Shown piece after piece: positions 59,029 to 64,000 of a stretch of 64,000 bases of DNA. Below the pieces are notes generated by a model. That model ran no database searches and had not been told where the DNA came from. It worked only from the letters and a program-made list of their open reading frames with translations. Position 1 is the first letter of the stretch. Each line of letters starts with the position of its first letter. A program made the position numbers and the translations under genes. Origin of the DNA: Azolla caroliniana (lineage: Eukaryota; Plantae; Polypodiophyta); NCBI GenBank assembly GCA_043228905.1, contig JBHGNT010000014.1, forward strand, positions 15,500,001 to 15,564,000. The letters are read 5' to 3'.

Positions 59029-62000
59029 TGTTAGATATAATCAATGATCAGCCCCAAGTTGTAAATCTATCCCCATATGTGCTCTTAGAGTGCACATTTT
59101 GTGATAGCGCCCCAAATGAGGAGCGGCTAGTGTGCAACTCGACCATATGGGTCGATAAGGTGTTAATCTAGGAAACCGTAGATGCGTAGGACACAATATA
59201 TTTAGGAAAGAGAGAAATAGATAAAAGGATTGGCTAATCAAGTCAGCTAGAATATTTTGTGGGCAAGTTACGATGTACTTAGTCTTGAAGTATGCGTCAT
59301 TGACTTCAAGATAAGTATTATCTAGCACTAGCCTGTACCTAGGGAGTTGGGTCATATTAAATGACAAGTCAGTTGACAGAAAAGGAATATCTCCACTACT
59401 GTCAACTGACTTGCACATTTATACTAAGACCAAACATAGATTATAAGTCACTTTTCTCACACAGTGGTCAGATTGATCATTAGTCCCCACTAATTTTGTA
59501 GTGAGCCGGTCCATATCCTATCTAAGCTCTAAGGTGTGAGCGCATGGGAAAACTACCATTTTGAACTACTCTCATATGTAATAGAAATTCTGTTTACATA
59601 TATCCATCTCTGCAGTTGTAACTCTATATACCTATCTACTCGATTCTCAATATTTCTAATATGGTATCAGAGCGAAGAGGTTGATCTAGATTAGGTATAT
59701 ACGGGTAGTTGCTGTCTAGCAATAGAGAGAAATAGAGAGAGAGACAGAGAGAGAGACAGAGTATCAATGGCCTTGTCCACGAATGTTGCAGCTGCTCCAT
59801 TGCGCATTCGCCCACCTCCATTGTCTGATGGAAAGCTAGATGGAACCAACTACACTCTATGGAAGTTCAAAATGTCTGCCATTTTGGATTCCTACGAGTT
59901 GTTGGAAACAATCATGGGACCCACAGGGGGAGACCCTGAGCCCATGGCAACCTTTGACCCTGCACACCCTACCACATCAATTCCTCCAAATGCTGATCTA
60001 CTTCGAGCCTGGAAGAGAAGGAATGCTGATGCGCTATGTACCATAGTCACTGGTGTATGTGACTCCGTACTAACACTAGTGCAACATACAACTATGGCAC
60101 ATGAAGCTTGGAGCATATTGGCCAGCCAGTATGAGACCAGAAACTATACAAGGATACAAAACCTCGAAAATCAGCTTGCTGCAGAGAAGCTCGCTGATGG
60201 AGAGAAAGTAGAATCCTTTGTAAAAAGGATTAAGGATCTTCAAGATCAGCTGGCGGCTGTTGGAGTAGTCGTCTCTCAAGAGGATATGGCTCGTCGGTGC
60301 ATTCGAGTACTTCCTTTCAAGTATGATGGCATTGTGACAGCATTGAACACTCAGGTTCGACCCACTCCTTTAAAATTTGATGAACTAAGTGCAATGCTGC
60401 TTGAAGAGGAGCTTCGGCTGAAGACAAGAGAAGAAAGGGAAGATTCAGCATTTGTCTCTAGGACTAAGGGTGAAGGGGCATCCAATTCAAACAATGCGAA
60501 TAGGATACCGAAGAAGAAGAAGTTCAATGGATCGTGTTTCTACTGTGACAAGAAGGGTCACACAATCAAGGATTGTCGAAAGAAGATGGCGGATGAGAAG
60601 AATGGTTCTAATAAGACTTCTTGGAGAGAGCCCGAGTCCGCTAACAATGTCGTAGATGAACTAGAGTTATGGGTCGCAACTGAAGAAGTGTGTTCTTCAG
60701 TTGACACTCAAGTTGTTGATGAGTCTTGGATTCTCGATAGTGGAGCATCCCGACATATGACCAGTAATCGTGACTGGTACAGTTCTTGGACACCTCTACA
60801 AGAGCCCATCAATGTTGTGGTCGGGAACAATGCTCGATGTCCGGCCAAAGGAACCGGAACCGTCTCCCTCAAAGCAACGACCGGTGGGACAAAGCATCTC
60901 TCTCAAGTGTTGTACGTGCCAGATCTGAAGAAGAATCTACTGTCCATTTCTGCACTGACTGAAAAGGGTCTTGATGTTCGATTCAAGAAGTCGGGTGCAG
61001 AAATAACAGATTCTGCTGGCAAGGTTGTAGGAATAGGGGTGAGGCGCAACAATCTCTATGAGCTGAGCGCGTTTACCATTTCTACTGACCACAGCACAAG
61101 TACCAACACAAAGCAATGGCATGAGAGATTTGGGCATCTCAACGTTGCTGTGTTGAAGGAGATGAAGAAGTCGAATATGGTAGTTGGGTTGCCAACCCTA
61201 TCTGACTTAAGTCATGTTTGTGATGCTTGTATGATGGGCAAGCATCAAAGATCAGCCATTCCAAAAGAGAGTCAAAATCGGGCAAAGACTCCTCTACAGC
61301 TAATACACATTGACCTCTCTGGAAAAATGGTGACTCCTGCAATGGGTGGATCTCTCTACTATATGCTAATAGTCGACGACTTCAGCAGAAAGATGTGGGT
61401 TTACTTCCTTCGGGAGAAGGCTGAAGCTTTTAAAATCTTCAAAAGATGGCATAAGTTTGTCGAGCGAGAGTCTGGAAAGTTAGTGAAGGAGCTACGCTCT
61501 GATCGAGGTGGAGAATTCTTATCAATAGAATTCTGTGAGTATTGCAAAGAGCATGGAATTAAGCGCCAACTTACAACTGCCTACACCCCACAACAAAATG
61601 GCGTTGTCGAACGTCGAAATCGAACAGTTGTCGAGATGGCTAGGTGTATGTTGAAGGCACAAGCGCTGCCCGACCCATTCTGGGCTGAAGCAGTGAACAC
61701 AGCAGTTTACATCCTCAATCGGAGCTACACGAAGGCACTTCAAGGGAAAACACCCCAAGAAGCTTATTCAGGCAAGAAACCTTCAGTGCTGCACTTCAGA
61801 ACCTTTGGGTGTATGTGCTACGCACATATTCCAGATGTGAGCAGAAAGAAGTTGGATGCTAAAAGCAAAAAGTGTATCTTTCTCGGATATAGTGAAGAGT
61901 CAAAGGCCTATCGACTCTACGATCCAGAGGCAAGAAAGATATTGACAAGCCGCGATGTGGTGTTCGATGAGGAACAACCACAGCTAGCTGAGAACAACGA

Positions 62001-64000
62001 TTCTCAAGTTATCTCATCAACTGAAGAAGTATTTTACCCAATCCCGACCCATTATCCAAAAAAGGAAGCTGAACCATCTGATGGTAATGGTTCACTAGTT
62101 CAGCCTATGCCAGTCCCACATGTAAAGAAAATACCTAAGTGGGCTCAACAACTCTTCAATGATCATACTCCTAAAGTTGAGTTTCCTGAAACTTCAACTG
62201 ATGGATTACGAAGATCAAGAAGAATACAGGAGCAAGGAAGAACCTCTGACCACATTGTCAACATGGCTCTGATGGTGGACATCATAGGCTCAGTGAGTGA
62301 GCCAACCTCGGTGGAGGAAGCTATGGCCGACCCGAAGTGGAAAGAGGCGATGATATCAGAATATGATAGCATCATGAAAAATGACACATGGGAGTTGGTA
62401 GAGAGGCCAACAAAGAAGAAGGTGATAGGCACGAAGTGGGTATGGAAAGTAAAGTATAAAGCTGATGGCTCTTTGGAGAAATTCAAGGCCAGGCTAGTAG
62501 CGCAAGGATACTCCCAAATTGAAGGGTTCGATGTACAAGAAACATTTGCCCCGACAGCTCGCATGACAACAATTCGAATGGTCATAGCGTTGGCTGCTTC
62601 AAGAGGATGGCCGATTTATCAAATGGATGTCAAATCAGCATTTCTGAATGGGCATCTCAAGGAGGAGGTATATGTGACACAACCACCGGGGTTTGAGATA
62701 CCAAATTCAGAAAACAAAGTTTGTAAGCTGAAGAAGGCACTATATGGTCTAAAGCAAGCACCAAGAGCTTGGAACAAGAGGATAGACAGCTTCTTACGAT
62801 CAATCGACTTTAAGCAATGTGCTTCGGATGCAAGTATGTATGTCAAAATGAAGGACGGGAAACAAGTCATCATTATCATTTACGTGGATGATCTAGTACT
62901 TACTGGTGACCATGAAGAGTGCATTGGCCAAACACAAGAGTGTTTGAAAACTGAGTTTGAAATGACAGACTTGGGGATTCTACACTACTTCCTTGGAATT
63001 GAGGTTTGGCAAACCTCGGTCGGCATCTTCATGTCACAAAGAAAGTATGCAACAGAGATCTTGAAGACCTTCGGGATGATGGACAGCAAGTCGAAGTCGA
63101 CTCCAATGGAGTCAAACTGCAAGCTATCCCAAGAAGACTCATCACCAATGGTTGACATAAGGAAGTATAGACAACTAGTAGGAAGTCTAATTTTCCTATG
63201 CAACACTAGGCCGGATATTTGTTTTGCAGTCAATGTGGTGAGTCGATTCAGCAACAAGCCGAAGGAGACTCATTGGAAAGCTGCTCTATGTGTATTAAAG
63301 TACATTGTGGGTACTTTAAATTATGGAATCTTCTACAAGCCAACAATTGACCAACTTAGTGGATATTGCGACTCCGATTGGGCTGGAGATAGTGATTCCG
63401 GAAAATCAGTTTCTGGATATTGTTTTTCAATAGGATCTGGAGCTGTTTCATGGAGTAGTAAAAAACAACCAACAGTGGCACTATCTTCAACGGAGGCAGA
63501 ATACAAAGCAGCATGCATAGCGGCATGCGAGGTAGTTTGGCTAAGAAGAATCCTTATGGATGTGGCAGTCCCAATAAGGACGGCAACGGTATTGAGGTGT
63601 GACAATCAGAGTTGCATGGCCATTGCCAAGAACCCCGTATTTCATGCACATACTAAACACATAGAGATTCAGTATCACTATGTGCGGGAGCTAATAAATG
63701 ATGAGATTGTGGAGCTTGAGTACTGTCCAACATCAGAAAATGCTGCAGATATCTTCACAAAGGCGCTTGGAGCAGAACAGTTGCAACAACACCTTCGACG
63801 ACTAGGTGTTGGCCCAATTCCAAGTGAACTCAATGGGTTGATCATTGAGGGGGCGTGTTAGATATAATCAATGATCAGCCCCAAGTTGTAAATCTATCCC
63901 CATATGTGCTCTTAGAGTGCACATTTTGTGATAGCGCCCCAAATGAGGAGCGGCTAGTGTGCAACTCGACCATATGGGTCGATAAGGTGTTAATCTAGGA
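59029..64000 (+). mobile_element. Intact young Ty1/Copia element (3' LTR runs off the window)
   Basis: 5' LTR 59029-59661, PBS TGGTATCAGAGC 59662-59673, PPT GAGGGGGCG 63847-63855, 3' LTR from 63856 identical to the 5' LTR over the visible 145 bp. Confidence 0.95.
59767..63861 (+). CDS. Copia gag-pol polyprotein (1,364 aa, uninterrupted)
   Basis: [70 protein letters not shown]. Confidence 0.96.
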   Translation: MALSTNVAAAPLRIRPPPLSDGKLDGTNYTLWKFKMSAILDSYELLETIMGPTGGDPEPMATFDPAHPTTSIPPNADLLRAWKRRNADALCTIVTGVCDSVLTLVQHTTMAHEAWSILASQYETRNYTRIQNLENQLAAEKLADGEKVESFVKRIKDLQDQLAAVGVVVSQEDMARRCIRVLPFKYDGIVTALNTQVRPTPLKFDELSAMLLEEELRLKTREEREDSAFVSRTKGEGASNSNNANRIPKKKKFNGSCFYCDKKGHTIKDCRKKMADEKNGSNKTSWREPESANNVVDELELWVATEEVCSSVDTQVVDESWILDSGASRHMTSNRDWYSSWTPLQEPINVVVGNNARCPAKGTGTVSLKATTGGTKHLSQVLYVPDLKKNLLSISALTEKGLDVRFKKSGAEITDSAGKVVGIGVRRNNLYELSAFTISTDHSTSTNTKQWHERFGHLNVAVLKEMKKSNMVVGLPTLSDLSHVCDACMMGKHQRSAIPKESQNRAKTPLQLIHIDLSGKMVTPAMGGSLYYMLIVDDFSRKMWVYFLREKAEAFKIFKRWHKFVERESGKLVKELRSDRGGEFLSIEFCEYCKEHGIKRQLTTAYTPQQNGVVERRNRTVVEMARCMLKAQALPDPFWAEAVNTAVYILNRSYTKALQGKTPQEAYSGKKPSVLHFRTFGCMCYAHIPDVSRKKLDAKSKKCIFLGYSEESKAYRLYDPEARKILTSRDVVFDEEQPQLAENNDSQVISSTEEVFYPIPTHYPKKEAEPSDGNGSLVQPMPVPHVKKIPKWAQQLFNDHTPKVEFPETSTDGLRRSRRIQEQGRTSDHIVNMALMVDIIGSVSEPTSVEEAMADPKWKEAMISEYDSIMKNDTWELVERPTKKKVIGTKWVWKVKYKADGSLEKFKARLVAQGYSQIEGFDVQETFAPTARMTTIRMVIALAASRGWPIYQMDVKSAFLNGHLKEEVYVTQPPGFEIPNSENKVCKLKKALYGLKQAPRAWNKRIDSFLRSIDFKQCASDASMYVKMKDGKQVIIIIYVDDLVLTGDHEECIGQTQECLKTEFEMTDLGILHYFLGIEVWQTSVGIFMSQRKYATEILKTFGMMDSKSKSTPMESNCKLSQEDSSPMVDIRKYRQLVGSLIFLCNTRPDICFAVNVVSRFSNKPKETHWKAALCVLKYIVGTLNYGIFYKPTIDQLSGYCDSDWAGDSDSGKSVSGYCFSIGSGAVSWSSKKQPTVALSSTEAEYKAACIAACEVVWLRRILMDVAVPIRTATVLRCDNQSCMAIAKNPVFHAHTKHIEIQYHYVRELINDEIVELEYCPTSENAADIFTKALGAEQLQQHLRRLGVGPIPSELNGLIIEGAC

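Overview
Transposon-dense nuclear DNA from a land plant, probably a non-seed plant such as a bryophyte (inferred from the Gypsy, L1 and RTE-like families present). The left edge holds the first two coding exons of a BAT1-like amino-acid permease (minus strand). From 5.5 to 36.2 kb is a four-level nest: a small hAT-type MITE (8-bp TSD) contains two L1 copies tail-to-tail, the full-length L1 contains a Tnt1/Tork-like Copia, and the Copia contains a 17.5-kb array of apparently identical 7,154-bp Gypsy units. This array is the most unusual object in the window. It alternates two different LTRs (A and B), each followed by its own tRNA-Trp PBS. One segment carries an unknown acidic Cys/His-repeat ORF (about 615-622 aa) and the other an intact RT-RNaseH-integrase ORF, with no recognisable gag or protease anywhere in the unit. 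Both LTRs, and a related LTR at 42 kb, contain tRNA-derived A-box/B-box modules; in LTR-A and LTR-B these flank a Pol II core with a conserved E2F site and RY motifs. The right half contains RTE-like LINEs, a deleted Gypsy whose LTR carries a higher-order 104-bp repeat, a solo LTR, a pogo/mariner-type MITE, a decayed Copia and an intact young Copia. These elements break up an 11-exon host pseudogene that I could not identify. All calls were made by eye, with no database searches.
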